DNA of 64,000 nucleotides from Candidatus Latescibacterota bacterium (lineage in GTDB: Bacteria; Latescibacterota; UBA2968; UBA8231): assembly GCA_965261395.1 (NCBI GenBank), contig OZ253462.1, positions 1,504,001-1,568,000 of the forward strand. Direction: 5' to 3'. This document shows positions 30,986 through 43,149 of the stretch, piece by piece; position 1 is the stretch's first letter, and every line of letters begins with the position of its first letter. Under the pieces are notes generated by a model. That model was not told the origin of the DNA. It was given only the letters and a program-made list of their open reading frames with translations, and made no database searches. The translations under genes and the position numbers were made by a program.

Positions 30986-32158
30986 ATGAAAAGCTATCGC
31001 GTGGCCATATTGGGTTGCCGGGGCCGCGGCGCGGCCGCAGCACGCGCGTACCACGCCCACCCCCGCACGGAAATCGTCGCCCTTTGCGACCTCGTGCAAG
31101 ACCGGCTCGACACCCTAGGCGACGAACTCGGAGTCGCGGCCCGCTACACCGACCTAGACTCGATGATCGGACAGCACCAACCCGACATAGTCGCCATTCC
31201 CACCGGCACGGAATTCCACCACGCGCTAGCGCTGCGCACACTCGAATACGGCGTCCACATCGACATTGAAAAACCGCTGTGCGTCGATTGCCAACAGGCC
31301 GACGAGGTGCTAGCCAAGGCCCGTGAAAAAGACGCGCGCATCGCCGTGCATCACCAAGGGCGCGTCGGCGTCTATATGAAAGCCGTGGCCAAAGCCCTTG
31401 CCGAGGGGCGCATTGGCCAGTTGCGCCACATCCACGCTCACGGCAAGAACTACTACGGCGGCTACAACCTAATGAATATCGGTACGCACATAATCAACAA
31501 CCTGCTCAAGGTCGCCGGTCCGTGCCACAGCGTCGTGGCCACCGCCACCACCGATGGCCGCCCCATCGCCCCGACGGATGTGGTGCCCTCTCCGCAAGGC
31601 ATGGGCACCATCGCCGGCGAACACATCACTGCGACGCTCAGTTTCGCCGACGGCGTCACCGCAACCCTCCTGCAACACCGCTTTCCCGCCCCGGTCAATC
31701 CGGTGATAGAATTCTGCGGCAGCGAAGGCCGCTTAGTCCTCTCACAGCTCGTCTGGAAAAGGGACTTCGGCGCGTTCCTGCTATCGCAGCCCCACTACGC
31801 CCTCAACGACCAAAGAGAACCCTATGAAGTGCTCCCACCCATCTACTGCGAGAGCTACGATCCGCAGAGTTCGGCCCACCCAGACGACTACGCCTATGTA
31901 GAGGAGTACGTCGCGGCTCTCGATGAGGGCCGCGAGCACGAGTGCAGTGGCCCAGTCGGCCATCACATCGTGGAAATCATGATGGGCATCTTCGAGTCCG
32001 CCGCGTACGGCAAACGGGTGGACTTACCCCAGCAGGACCGCACCCACCCCCTCCTGCGCTGGCGGCGCGAAAACGGCCTGCCCCCACCCGATCCCATGCC
32101 GCGTCCGTACGCCGAGTGGCTGGCGGCAGAGGACGTGCGCTTGGGGCGGAGTGGGTGA
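30986..32158 (+). CDS. Gfo/Idh/MocA oxidoreductase
   Basis: ILGCRGRG, IEKPL, NIGTH. Confidence 0.9.
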   Translation: MKSYRVAILGCRGRGAAAARAYHAHPRTEIVALCDLVQDRLDTLGDELGVAARYTDLDSMIGQHQPDIVAIPTGTEFHHALALRTLEYGVHIDIEKPLCVDCQQADEVLAKAREKDARIAVHHQGRVGVYMKAVAKALAEGRIGQLRHIHAHGKNYYGGYNLMNIGTHIINNLLKVAGPCHSVVATATTDGRPIAPTDVVPSPQGMGTIAGEHITATLSFADGVTATLLQHRFPAPVNPVIEFCGSEGRLVLSQLVWKRDFGAFLLSQPHYALNDQREPYEVLPPIYCESYDPQSSAHPDDYAYVEEYVAALDEGREHECSGPVGHHIVEIMMGIFESAAYGKRVDLPQQDRTHPLLRWRRENGLPPPDPMPRPYAEWLAAEDVRLGRSG

Positions 32159-32188
32159 TTCCACAACTGACGGGAGGTCAGAATCGAC

Positions 32189-33025
32189 ATGAACGACACT
32201 GAAAAATTCCTCTTCGACCTGCAGGGCTTCATCGTCGTCCGCGAGTTCCTCTCGCAGGGCGAAGTCAAAGCGCTCAACGACGCTTTCGACGCCAACTGGG
32301 ACCAGCGCCGCGAAGACCCAATCGGCGACCCCAGCGGCAACATGGCTGGGACGGACAAGCGCGGCCTTTTCACCGACATGCTCACCTGGGAGCAGCCCCA
32401 TTGCCAGCCATTCCGCGACCTGCTCGCGCACCGCAAGCTCCTGCCCTACCTCGACACCCTGCACGGACGCGGCTGGAAGCTCGACCACGAGCCGTTAATG
32501 ATTAACGGTCCCAAGGGTATCGAAGGCCTGCGCATCCACGGAACCACCAACGTCCTCTTCAATGGCTCCCGCTTCTACGCGTACTCCAACGGCCAGATGC
32601 GCTGTGGCCTTTTGGTCGTCCAGTACACTTTGCACGACCAAAACCCCGGCGACGGCGGCCTCTGCGTCATTCCGGGCAGCCACAAGGCGAACTTTAGCTG
32701 CCCGCCAAAAATCACGACTTGGGAGGAGCACCAAGAGGTCGTTTACCAAGTGCCCCTAAAGGCCGGCGACATGGTCATCTTTAGCGAGAACACCTTGCAC
32801 GGCACCCTGCCGTGGCAGGCGGACCACGACCGCCGCGCCCTGCTCTACCGGTACACGCCAAAGTACCTGCACTACGACGGCGGCACGTACGAGGTCGCGC
32901 AGCCAGAATGGGTGTCGGAGTTGACCGAGGCGCAGCAGGCGGTGCTCGAACCGCCCTACATCTACCATCACCCTCTCATCGAACCGGATGGTGAGACCGT
33001 AGTCCGTCCACGCCGCGAGGATTAG
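32189..33025 (+). CDS. PhyH-family Fe(II)/2OG oxygenase (H-G-T at the HxD position)
   Basis: FLFDLQGF, RIHGT, GGLCVIPGSHK, KAGD, LHGTLPW, RR. Confidence 0.85.
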   Translation: MNDTEKFLFDLQGFIVVREFLSQGEVKALNDAFDANWDQRREDPIGDPSGNMAGTDKRGLFTDMLTWEQPHCQPFRDLLAHRKLLPYLDTLHGRGWKLDHEPLMINGPKGIEGLRIHGTTNVLFNGSRFYAYSNGQMRCGLLVVQYTLHDQNPGDGGLCVIPGSHKANFSCPPKITTWEEHQEVVYQVPLKAGDMVIFSENTLHGTLPWQADHDRRALLYRYTPKYLHYDGGTYEVAQPEWVSELTEAQQAVLEPPYIYHHPLIEPDGETVVRPRRED

Positions 33026-33035
33026 CCCTAGTCAG

Positions 33036-33905
33036 TCACCCCTGCCACTCCAAATTGATGCTCGTGTACCCGTCCGTATAGCGGCGCAAATGCTCGGGTA
33101 GGTTGGCCAAAAACCACTGGCCTTCCTCTGGGATTTCCCAGGGAATGTCGATGCGGTGGTTGCGGGGGCGGAAGCCGATGCCGCAAGAGAGGCGCGTTTC
33201 TTCAATTCGGTTGGGGAACGCGCCGTGATACGTGCGATGGGCGAAGACGATCATGTCGCCGCCGTTGGTGAAGAAGGGGACGAGGCCGGGAATGTCGAAG
33301 CCGTTGTAGCCGCGTTCCTCCGTGCCCTCCGGGTAGAAGGAGCGCCGGTCGGCCGTCATGCTGAATCCCTCCGGCCCCTCCCAATCTTCGACGTGGGAAT
33401 CCTCAATGACGCACAGGCCGCCGTGCTCGGGCCGCGAACCGGTCAGGTAAAACCACTTGCCCGACGGCCACAGTCCGCGGTTGAGGACGTCGCCCGAATG
33501 CTTGATCTCGGTCGAGTAGCCGCACCAATCGGTGTGCCACCCCACGGGAGCTGAGCCAGTCCGGCGGATGATGGCGGCCGAGCGGTGGAGCGTCAGTTCG
33601 TCGGTGCCGATCAGGTGCCGGTGCATGTCCATGAAGGGCGCGTAGTCGAGCACCTCCCAAGCGCCCGGGCCGGACTCAATCCAAGCGTGCCGCGTGCGGC
33701 TCTCGCCTGGTTGCAACGCGTGCTCCGGGTCCGTGCCGTCCCACACCGCCTGCTTGAGCTTGGCGACGATCTCCGGCGGCAGCGCGTCTTTGATCACCGC
33801 GAAGCCGTGCGCCTCCAAGCATTCATCCATCGCGTCGAGCTCGTCGGTGGCAAACTCATAGCGGTAGCCCAAGTCCGGCTTTTGAATGTGCGAATAGTCT
33901 TCCAT
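33036..33905 (-). CDS. PhyH-family Fe(II)/2OG dioxygenase (canonical HxD)
   Basis: Start MEDYSHIQ at 33905; WHTD, GGLCVIEDSH, TYHGA, R. Confidence 0.85.
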   Translation of the reverse strand: MEDYSHIQKPDLGYRYEFATDELDAMDECLEAHGFAVIKDALPPEIVAKLKQAVWDGTDPEHALQPGESRTRHAWIESGPGAWEVLDYAPFMDMHRHLIGTDELTLHRSAAIIRRTGSAPVGWHTDWCGYSTEIKHSGDVLNRGLWPSGKWFYLTGSRPEHGGLCVIEDSHVEDWEGPEGFSMTADRRSFYPEGTEERGYNGFDIPGLVPFFTNGGDMIVFAHRTYHGAFPNRIEETRLSCGIGFRPRNHRIDIPWEIPEEGQWFLANLPEHLRRYTDGYTSINLEWQG

Positions 33906-33976
33906 GACTTTCCTCCTTACAAGTGCCCGGTTATTAGAGTCGCGATCACAGAGTAGCGGGCAGATCCATGACCCTA

Positions 33977-35521
33977 TTAGAAGCGCTGCGCCTGGGCACC
34001 GTCTGTAAGCGCCAGTTCGTAGCAGGCGGCCTCGCTGTCCGTGCGCACTAACAGATAGGGTGTGGCAAAGGCCGGGGGATTCCAAGTTTTGCCGTCGAAG
34101 GCCGTCATTCGCGCTAGTTCTACGTGGCGGTCGGGGCGAGCCTCGACCAGTAACACGTCGCCCGATTCGCTCATTATCAGCAGGATATCGTCTATCAGGA
34201 TGAGTTGGCCGTGGCCGTAGCGCCCGCGCTTCCAGCGCCGCTTGCCGTCTTGCGGGTCGAGGCAGACCAGCACCCCATCGTCGAGGCCATAGACAAAACC
34301 ATCGCGATAGACCATGTTGGCAAATTTGGCCTTGATCCGAGGGCTTTTCCAGAGGATATCGGTCGTCAACTCGCCGTTGGGCGCGGCATTCACTTGATAC
34401 AGCTTGGCTCCAATGCCGTAGCCGGTGGAGACCAGAACCCGGTCCCCGGGCAAGGGCAGGGGGTTGGCAATGCATTCAGCCCGATCCCAAGGCTGGTGCC
34501 AGAGGGGCACTCCGCTCTGCGGATCGTGCGCGACGACGCTGTGGTTGTTGAAGATCAGGATCTGCTCGCGTCCAGCTAAAGTGACCAGACGCGGTGAACT
34601 GAAGCCGGCCTTGTCTGTGCCCCCGCCCCACACAAACGCGCCGTTTTGGCGGTGATAGGCCACTAGCGAGCGCTCATCCGGGCCTCCGGCACTGACCACG
34701 ACCAAGGTGTCGAGAACCAGCGGCGAACAGCTAATGCCCCACATATGGGCCTTAGCTTGGTTGTCGGCGAGAATGTCCCGCGACCAAATCAGCGCCCCGC
34801 TGGCCAGATCTAAGCAATTGAGGATGCCAGTAGCGCCCAGCGTGAAAACCCGGTCTCCAGCGATGGTGGGCGTAGCGCGCGGGCCGATGCCGGCTACGGC
34901 GGTCTCGTAGCGAGTCGAGTCGGCGTGTTGCCAGAGCTTGCGGCCCGTTGCCAAGTCGTAGCAGACGACCTGCTCCTCGGGGCCGTGTTGCTCTTGGGTT
35001 ACGGCCCGGCCGCCGACAATGGCAAAGGAGGACCAAGCTGCGCCGACGGGGCGACGCCAGATTTCGCGCGGCGGGTGCTTGGCCCAGTCGCGCTCGAGGT
35101 GGACGCCGAGGAGGCGGTTGTTGCGCTCGGGGCCGAGAAATTGCGGCCAATCGCGGGCGTCGAGCGCGGTGGCGTCCCCTCCTTCGACAGCGGTGGCTTC
35201 GTCCTCAGTACTCCAACGCCATTCGAGGATCGGTGCGAAATCGCCGCTCATACCCTTAACGCGAAAAGACCCGATCCCAAGCGCAATGACGAGGACGATA
35301 CCGCCGAAATAGCGCAGGCGCTGTCCCCAGGCCAGCCGCGACGCGAAGAGCAACCAGAGCAAAGCAAAGAAAATCGCGAGCATGAAGGTGGCCATGGTGC
35401 GCATGACCTGTTGCTGGCGATGGGGGGCTTCGGGCAACCAGATCAGCAGGAGCGCCAGGACGACGCCTCCTCCGAGCAAATAGAGAGGCCATAAGCGAGG
35501 GCCGGCCGAGGACATGGGCAT
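33977..35521 (-). CDS. Membrane-anchored PQQ-like (BamB-type) beta-propeller protein
   Basis: Three N-terminal TM segments, DWPQFLGP, repeated CLDLASG..W motifs. Confidence 0.9.
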   Translation of the reverse strand: MPMSSAGPRLWPLYLLGGGVVLALLLIWLPEAPHRQQQVMRTMATFMLAIFFALLWLLFASRLAWGQRLRYFGGIVLVIALGIGSFRVKGMSGDFAPILEWRWSTEDEATAVEGGDATALDARDWPQFLGPERNNRLLGVHLERDWAKHPPREIWRRPVGAAWSSFAIVGGRAVTQEQHGPEEQVVCYDLATGRKLWQHADSTRYETAVAGIGPRATPTIAGDRVFTLGATGILNCLDLASGALIWSRDILADNQAKAHMWGISCSPLVLDTLVVVSAGGPDERSLVAYHRQNGAFVWGGGTDKAGFSSPRLVTLAGREQILIFNNHSVVAHDPQSGVPLWHQPWDRAECIANPLPLPGDRVLVSTGYGIGAKLYQVNAAPNGELTTDILWKSPRIKAKFANMVYRDGFVYGLDDGVLVCLDPQDGKRRWKRGRYGHGQLILIDDILLIMSESGDVLLVEARPDRHVELARMTAFDGKTWNPPAFATPYLLVRTDSEAACYELALTDGAQAQRF

Positions 35522-35533
35522 TGATCCGCTGTG

Positions 35534-36607
35534 TTAGACGCCGCCGGTGGCGGTCTCCAAGCGGACCCAATCGCCGCTTGCGACCGAGCGGGCAGTGGCG
35601 GCCATCGCCCGCATCGCTTGGGTTCCATCCTCCACATCGGCCCCCATTTGGGGCGCGCCGTGCAGGACTGCATCGGCAAAACCTTCGAGTTGGAGTCGGT
35701 AGAAATGCGCGTCGGCTCCTAAAGGCCGGTGGTACTGACCGTCTCGCGTGGAGAAGCACTCGACATCGCTGGATTTCAAAAACCACGGCAGATAGGTTTT
35801 GCCGACGACGCTGCCGTGCTCGCCGTAGATGTGAAAGCCCTCGTGGTAGTCCATGCGCACGGCCACCGTCAGATCGAGATGTCCCTGGCCGCCATTGGCG
35901 AACTCCACTTCGACGAACCAAGAATACGCCCCGAACATCTCCTTGCACCGGCCGCGCACGGCCGTGAGCGGGCCGCCCAAAAAGCGGGCTAGGTCGATGA
36001 GATGCGAGCCGTGGGTCAGCATGAAGTAGCGCCGCTTGTCGCCCTTGGGATCGCCCGCTGGTTTGCGCGCCTGATCGCTGTGCAGAGGCAAGGGCTGGAG
36101 GTTGTCGGTCATGGTGTAGCGATAGGTCGAATCGCAGTACCAAGCCTTCAGGGCCAACAGCGACCCCATCTCCTCGCGGATAAACTGCCGGGCAAAAGCA
36201 ATGCCGGGATCGAAGCGCTTCATGTGGCCGACCTGGAGCGTACAGCCCGAGTCGGCAACGGCCTGACGCAGAGCTTCGCACTCTTCCACGCTTGTTCCCA
36301 ACGGCTTTTCCACGAAGACGTGTTTACCAGCAGCCAGCGCCTGCAAGCTGAGCGGGACGTGGAACGCATCGGCCGTGGCGATGATGACCGCTTCCACCTG
36401 CGGGTCCGCGAGCATGTCGGCAAAGTCGGCGTAGGTTTTCTCCGGCTGGTGAATGGCGGCCATGCGCTCGACTAAGTCCGGTGCTTGGTCGCAGAGCGCA
36501 TAAAGGCGCGTATTGCGGGCCTTGATGCACGACTCAAAGTGGGCGAATTGGGCGATGGGGCCGCAGCCCAAGACGCCGATGGACAAAAGCTGGCGGTCTT
36601 TGTTCAC
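35534..36607 (-). CDS. Gfo/Idh/MocA oxidoreductase
   Basis: GCGPIA, GKHVFVEKP, GHMKRFDP, HGSH. Confidence 0.9.
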   Translation of the reverse strand: MNKDRQLLSIGVLGCGPIAQFAHFESCIKARNTRLYALCDQAPDLVERMAAIHQPEKTYADFADMLADPQVEAVIIATADAFHVPLSLQALAAGKHVFVEKPLGTSVEECEALRQAVADSGCTLQVGHMKRFDPGIAFARQFIREEMGSLLALKAWYCDSTYRYTMTDNLQPLPLHSDQARKPAGDPKGDKRRYFMLTHGSHLIDLARFLGGPLTAVRGRCKEMFGAYSWFVEVEFANGGQGHLDLTVAVRMDYHEGFHIYGEHGSVVGKTYLPWFLKSSDVECFSTRDGQYHRPLGADAHFYRLQLEGFADAVLHGAPQMGADVEDGTQAMRAMAATARSVASGDWVRLETATGGV

Positions 36608-36986
36608 GCGCCTTCTGCGGGCAAAATGGCGTAGGCTTCGATCTCGACGACCAGATGCGGTTTTAGCAACGCGGCTATGACGACCAAGGTCGAGGCCGGC
36701 AAAATCTCGCCAAACACCTCCTGGTGAGCGCGGGTGACGCCAGCGGCATGGGGCACATCGGTGATGTACACGACCGTTCGCACCACGTCGTCGAGGCTGG
36801 CACCGGTTTCGGTGAGAGCTTTGGCGATGATCTGCAACGCGCCCTTGGCCTGCTCGTAGGCATCGCCCTGGTCATGCGGCGGCTGGGCGCAGGTGCCAGC
36901 GACGTGGATATGCCGGTCCACGCGCACGGCGCGCGAATAACCGAATTCCGCGCCAAATGCGCTGCTGGTAGCTATGTTTCTGCGTT

Positions 36987-36990
<4 letters not shown>
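36604..36990 (-). CDS. RidA/YjgF family protein
   Basis: GYSRAVR, DVVRT, PASTLV, VEIEA. Confidence 0.9.
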
Positions 36991-38920
<1,930 letters not shown>

Positions 38921-39016
38921 AACTCACAATAATTACGGCAAATCAGCGATAATGGGCTACTCTGCTGCTCGCTAATTTGCCATCTTCTCAGCCTACCTTT
39001 CTCCAAAGGAGCCCCC

Positions 39017-39805
39017 ATGAACGAAGACGACAAATACCTCTTTGACCTGACGGGCTATTTGGTCCTCAGAGACGTGCTGACCGCCGAGGAGGTGGCCCAA
39101 CTAAACGCCGGCATCGACCGCCACCGCGACCTTATGAGCGAGATAGACCGCTCGCTGTCCGGAGACGCGCAGGCGCTGCAAGGCACTTCGCGGCGCAAGG
39201 ATTTAGGTGGTATGCTCGCTTGGGAACAGCCTTGGTGCGAGCCGTTTCGCAAGTTGCTGGCGCATCCCAAAGTCAAACCCTATCTCGAAGAAATCTTGGG
39301 CCAGGGGTATCGCCTCGACCATGGGCCAGGGCTGATCGCCATGGACGAGGGCTGCGAGGGCGGGCTTTTGCACGGCGGTGGGGTGGAGCGCAAGGATATA
39401 TCGGAAGTGTACTTCTTTAAGAACGGTCGCATTTTCACCGGGCTGACCGTGGTCGAATATCTGCTGGCCGACGAGGGGCCGGGCGACGGGGGCGTGGCGG
39501 TGATCCCGGGTAGCCACAAGGCCAACTTAGCCTGTCCGCAGAGCATGATTAAGTGGGAAAAGCACCAAGAGCACGTGCTCGAAGTAAATGGCAAGGCCGG
39601 CGACGCAGTGATCTTCACCGAGACCTTGACGCACGGCACGCTGCCGTGGACGGCCGCACACGAGCGGCGGGCGCTGCTGTACAAGTTCAGCCCAGGTACT
39701 CTGTCCTATGGCTCGGGACCGCACGAGACGACGTATTCCGAGTACATCGAGGATATGACCGAGGAAGAGCGAGCCGTGATGGAGGCACCGCATATCCGCC
39801 GTTAA
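39017..39805 (+). CDS. PhyH-family Fe(II)/2OG oxygenase (H-G-G at the HxD position)
   Basis: YLFDLTGY, LLHGGG, IPGSHK, KAGD, THGTLPW, RR. Confidence 0.85.
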   Translation: MNEDDKYLFDLTGYLVLRDVLTAEEVAQLNAGIDRHRDLMSEIDRSLSGDAQALQGTSRRKDLGGMLAWEQPWCEPFRKLLAHPKVKPYLEEILGQGYRLDHGPGLIAMDEGCEGGLLHGGGVERKDISEVYFFKNGRIFTGLTVVEYLLADEGPGDGGVAVIPGSHKANLACPQSMIKWEKHQEHVLEVNGKAGDAVIFTETLTHGTLPWTAAHERRALLYKFSPGTLSYGSGPHETTYSEYIEDMTEEERAVMEAPHIRR

Positions 39806-39876
39806 AAATAGTCCAAGTAAGTTACGTGAAAAGGTGAATATTCGGTTCCGCCGTAATCCTGAAAGGAGTTTTTGCA

Positions 39877-40779
39877 ATGACTGACAATATCAATAGAGAT
39901 AGTGTTCCAAAACGCGCTGATCTACTAAATCCGACACTTACTGCGCTCCACGCGCTTGGAGGTAGTGCTTCCAATAGAGAAATCAACAACCGAGTAAGTG
40001 AAGATATGGGACTGTCCGCTGCTATTACCCAAGTCCCGCACAGGACAAAAAGTATTACAGAGCTGGAAGACCGATTGCAGTGGGATAGAACCTACCTCAA
40101 AACGTACGGTTTGATTGATAATTCGGAGAGAGGCGTGTGGTCTCTTACTGCTAAAGGGCGGGAAACCCAGCGTGTTGACGACCCCGAAGGAGTTATAAAT
40201 TTTTACCGTCAACGGAAGCGAAAGAAGCAAGCTCGTAAACAAGCCAAAACTGAAGAAGACGCCCCCACTGAGAACCTTGAAAACCCAGCCGAGGATTCCG
40301 CAGGTGAAACCGCTGCCTGGCGTGAGGATTTGCTGGACACCCTCCAGAACATGCCTCCCGACGCATTCGAACGCTTGTGCCAAAGGCTGTTGCGGGAATC
40401 GGGCTGTATCGAGGTTGAGGTCACGGGAAGATCGGGCGATGGCGGAATTGACGGGCATGGAATAATCCGCCTCGTAGGGCTGATTAGCTTTCCCGTGCTG
40501 TTCCAGTGCAAGCGCTACAGCGGCAGTGTTAGTCCGAGCGTGGTCAGGGACTTTCGCGGCGCGATGATGGGACGGGCGGAAAAGGGCGTTATCTTGACGA
40601 CAGGTGGCTTCACAAGAGAGGCGCAACGAGAAGCCACCCGGGACGGCGTGCCGCTGATAGACTTGATTGATGGCGAATTGCTAATCGACAAAATAAAAGA
40701 GCTCGAACTCGGCGTGAGCGTAAGAAAGAAGATGGTCGAGGTCGTGGAAGTGGATAGGGACTGGTTCGCGTCGATTTAG
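39877..40779 (+). CDS. mrr: Mrr-family type IV restriction endonuclease
   Basis: N-terminal winged helix (GGSAS...YLKTYGLI..RGVWSLT); catalytic DGGIDG...QCKRY, IDLIDG. Confidence 0.9.
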   Translation: MTDNINRDSVPKRADLLNPTLTALHALGGSASNREINNRVSEDMGLSAAITQVPHRTKSITELEDRLQWDRTYLKTYGLIDNSERGVWSLTAKGRETQRVDDPEGVINFYRQRKRKKQARKQAKTEEDAPTENLENPAEDSAGETAAWREDLLDTLQNMPPDAFERLCQRLLRESGCIEVEVTGRSGDGGIDGHGIIRLVGLISFPVLFQCKRYSGSVSPSVVRDFRGAMMGRAEKGVILTTGGFTREAQREATRDGVPLIDLIDGELLIDKIKELELGVSVRKKMVEVVEVDRDWFASI

Positions 40780-40791
40780 CAAGCGCAGCGC

Positions 40792-41052
40792 ATGGAATTC
40801 GACATCAGAGTGCAGCCAAAGGCCGGGCGCAACAGCGTCGAGATTGACGGCGACAAAGTGACAGCGCGGGTAACAGCGGCCCCGGAGGGCGGCAAGGCCA
40901 ACGACGCGGTGGTGGCCCTGCTGGCGAAGCGGCTCAAGGTCGCCAAGGGCAGGGTGCATATTGTGCGGGGGCACAAGGCGCGGGACAAACGACTGCGTAT
41001 TGAGGACATGACGGCAGGCGAAGTCTTTGCCCGCCTGTCGGAGTCGAAGTGA
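40792..41052 (+). CDS. DUF167 / YggU family protein
   Basis: VQPKA, VTAAPEGGKAN, RGHKARDK. Confidence 0.9.
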   Translation: MEFDIRVQPKAGRNSVEIDGDKVTARVTAAPEGGKANDAVVALLAKRLKVAKGRVHIVRGHKARDKRLRIEDMTAGEVFARLSESK

Positions 41053-41082
41053 CAAAGGCAAAAAAACTGAAAGGAGCAGCAG

Positions 41083-42546
41083 ATGCGCGTAGCCATCGGA
41101 GGCATTTCCCACGAGAGCAGTACCTTCACGAACGTAGCTACCACGTTGGACAGTTTCCGGGAGCGCAGCTATCTCCACGGAGCGGAAATTGTCGAGCGCT
41201 TTACTGGGGTCAATACGCCCATCGGCGGGTTTCTCGAAGGGGCCGAGGCGCACGGCTTTGAAGTAGTGCCGACGATGTTAGCCGAGGCCCATCCCAGCGC
41301 CCCGACGCCCCGCTCCATTTTCGATAGGCTAGTGGGCGAACTGGTCGACGGCATCGAGGCGGGGGGGGCTATCGACGGGGTTTTATTGGAATTGCACGGG
41401 GCCATGGTGGCCGAGGGCATTGACGACGCCGAAGGGCATATCCTAGCAGCAGTACGCCGGTTGGTCGGTCCGGATATGCCCATCGTCGGGCAACTGGACA
41501 TCCACTCCAATGTCTCCCAAGGCATGATCGAAGCCGCCGATGTGCTGATTGGGCGGGAGACCTATCCAGAGATCGATATGGCACCAAGGGGCCGCGAGTG
41601 CGCCGATGTGCTGGTGCGCATGGTACGGGAAGGCGTGCGGCCGACCATGGCCTTGCACCAACTGCCGCTAGTCTGGGGCATGAACCAAGTGACGGCCCAT
41701 CCACCCATGCGCCAGGCCATCGAATACCTGCACCAAATTGAAGCGCGGCCCAGCGTGATCTGCGGCTCCATAGCCACCTGTTTCCCCCTAGCCGATATCC
41801 CCGATATGGGGGCCTCGGTGTACATAGCGACCGACAACGATCCCGCCCTAGCCCAATCCTGCGCCGACGAGTTAGCCGCTTGGCTGTGGGAGCGCCGGGC
41901 CGATTGGCAGTTGGCCATGCCCTCTACCGCAGAAGCACTGCAAGCGGCCGCAGGGACGGGGCGTTTCCCCGTGATCTTCGCCGATCGCAACGACAATACC
42001 GGCGGCGGTTCGCCCGGCGACAGCACTGGGCTGTTGCAAGCTTTTTTGGCGGCCGATCTGCAAGACGCCTGCGTGCTGTACATCGTCGATCCCGCAGCCG
42101 TGGCTGCTTGCCACCAAGCAGGCGTTGGTGCAGTGCTCGATTTAGAGGTGGGCGGCAAGGCGTCTCCGTTGCAAGGCGAGCCTTGCTCCATGCGGGCCGA
42201 GGTGGTGGCCTTGACCGATGGCCGCTTTCTCTACGACGGGCCTATGTACGCCGGCCTAGATGGCACCATGGGGCCTTCGGCTCACATCCGCCAAGGCGGG
42301 GTACACGTGCTGTTGGTGAACAAGCGCGAGCAACCCTTTTGCACGGCGTTTTCCCGCACTTTGGGTTTGGACCCAAAGCAGATGCGCTATGTCGGCGTCA
42401 AGTCCGCAGCTCATTTCCGCGCTGGTTTTGAGTCGTGGGCCGGCCAGATCCAAGTGATTTCCGAGCCGTCGGTACACGATCCGGCCGATGCCAAGCTGGC
42501 CTTTAAGCGGTTGGGCCGGAAACTGTATCCTTTTGACGACATTTAG
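41083..42546 (+). CDS. MlrC-like M81 metallopeptidase
   Basis: HESSTF, LHGAM, LDIHSN, DNTGGG, VKSAAHFRA. Confidence 0.9.
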   Translation: MRVAIGGISHESSTFTNVATTLDSFRERSYLHGAEIVERFTGVNTPIGGFLEGAEAHGFEVVPTMLAEAHPSAPTPRSIFDRLVGELVDGIEAGGAIDGVLLELHGAMVAEGIDDAEGHILAAVRRLVGPDMPIVGQLDIHSNVSQGMIEAADVLIGRETYPEIDMAPRGRECADVLVRMVREGVRPTMALHQLPLVWGMNQVTAHPPMRQAIEYLHQIEARPSVICGSIATCFPLADIPDMGASVYIATDNDPALAQSCADELAAWLWERRADWQLAMPSTAEALQAAAGTGRFPVIFADRNDNTGGGSPGDSTGLLQAFLAADLQDACVLYIVDPAAVAACHQAGVGAVLDLEVGGKASPLQGEPCSMRAEVVALTDGRFLYDGPMYAGLDGTMGPSAHIRQGGVHVLLVNKREQPFCTAFSRTLGLDPKQMRYVGVKSAAHFRAGFESWAGQIQVISEPSVHDPADAKLAFKRLGRKLYPFDDI

Positions 42547-42549
42547 CGA

Positions 42550-43149
42550 TTGGAAGCGGTCGTGGATATAGGCGCTTGGGCTGCGGTGCAGACGGGTCTC
42601 GCCCAGCACCGGCCCTGCTTGGTAGGCTCTACGGACAAGACGCGGGCCGCCGTGGCCGTGGTCTTGGGGCCGACGTCGGAGGGCTTGCAGTTGCTTTTTA
42701 TCGAACGCGCCCAGCACCTGGACGATCCTTGGTCGGGGCACATCGCCTTTCCCGGTGGCCGCATTGAGGCAGACGACCCATCGCCACGGGCTGCGGCCGA
42801 GCGCGAGACCTTGGAGGAAGTCGGGCTCGATCTGTCCGGTGCCGAGTATTGGGGCCGGGTCGACGATTTGACCGGGCATATGCTGCCGGTGGTGGTATCT
42901 GGTTTCGTCTATCGCTTGGCGACGCCAGCAGCCTTGACCCTCAACCACGAGATCGAGTCGGCCTTTTGGGCGGGGGCCGACCAATTGCGCGATCCCGGTA
43001 AGCGGACTCAGTACCGACTGCGACGCCGCAGCGCAGAACAGGCATTTCCAGCACTCGACCTGTTGGGACCGAACCGCCCGCTGTTGTGGGGGCTAACCTT
43101 TCGCATTGTGCGCCAATTAGTCGCTTGGATGGAGCCAGACAAAATATGA
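42550..43149 (+). CDS. Nudix CoA pyrophosphatase
   Basis: AAVAV, WSGHIAFPGG, AAERETLEEVG, LWGLT. Confidence 0.9.
   Translation: MEAVVDIGAWAAVQTGLAQHRPCLVGSTDKTRAAVAVVLGPTSEGLQLLFIERAQHLDDPWSGHIAFPGGRIEADDPSPRAAAERETLEEVGLDLSGAEYWGRVDDLTGHMLPVVVSGFVYRLATPAALTLNHEIESAFWAGADQLRDPGKRTQYRLRRRSAEQAFPALDLLGPNRPLLWGLTFRIVRQLVAWMEPDKI

Noticed and set aside
33906-34475. N-terminal extension of the 479-aa ORF
   Set aside because: Overlaps the propeller gene in another frame; the RBS and PhyH similarity begin at 33905
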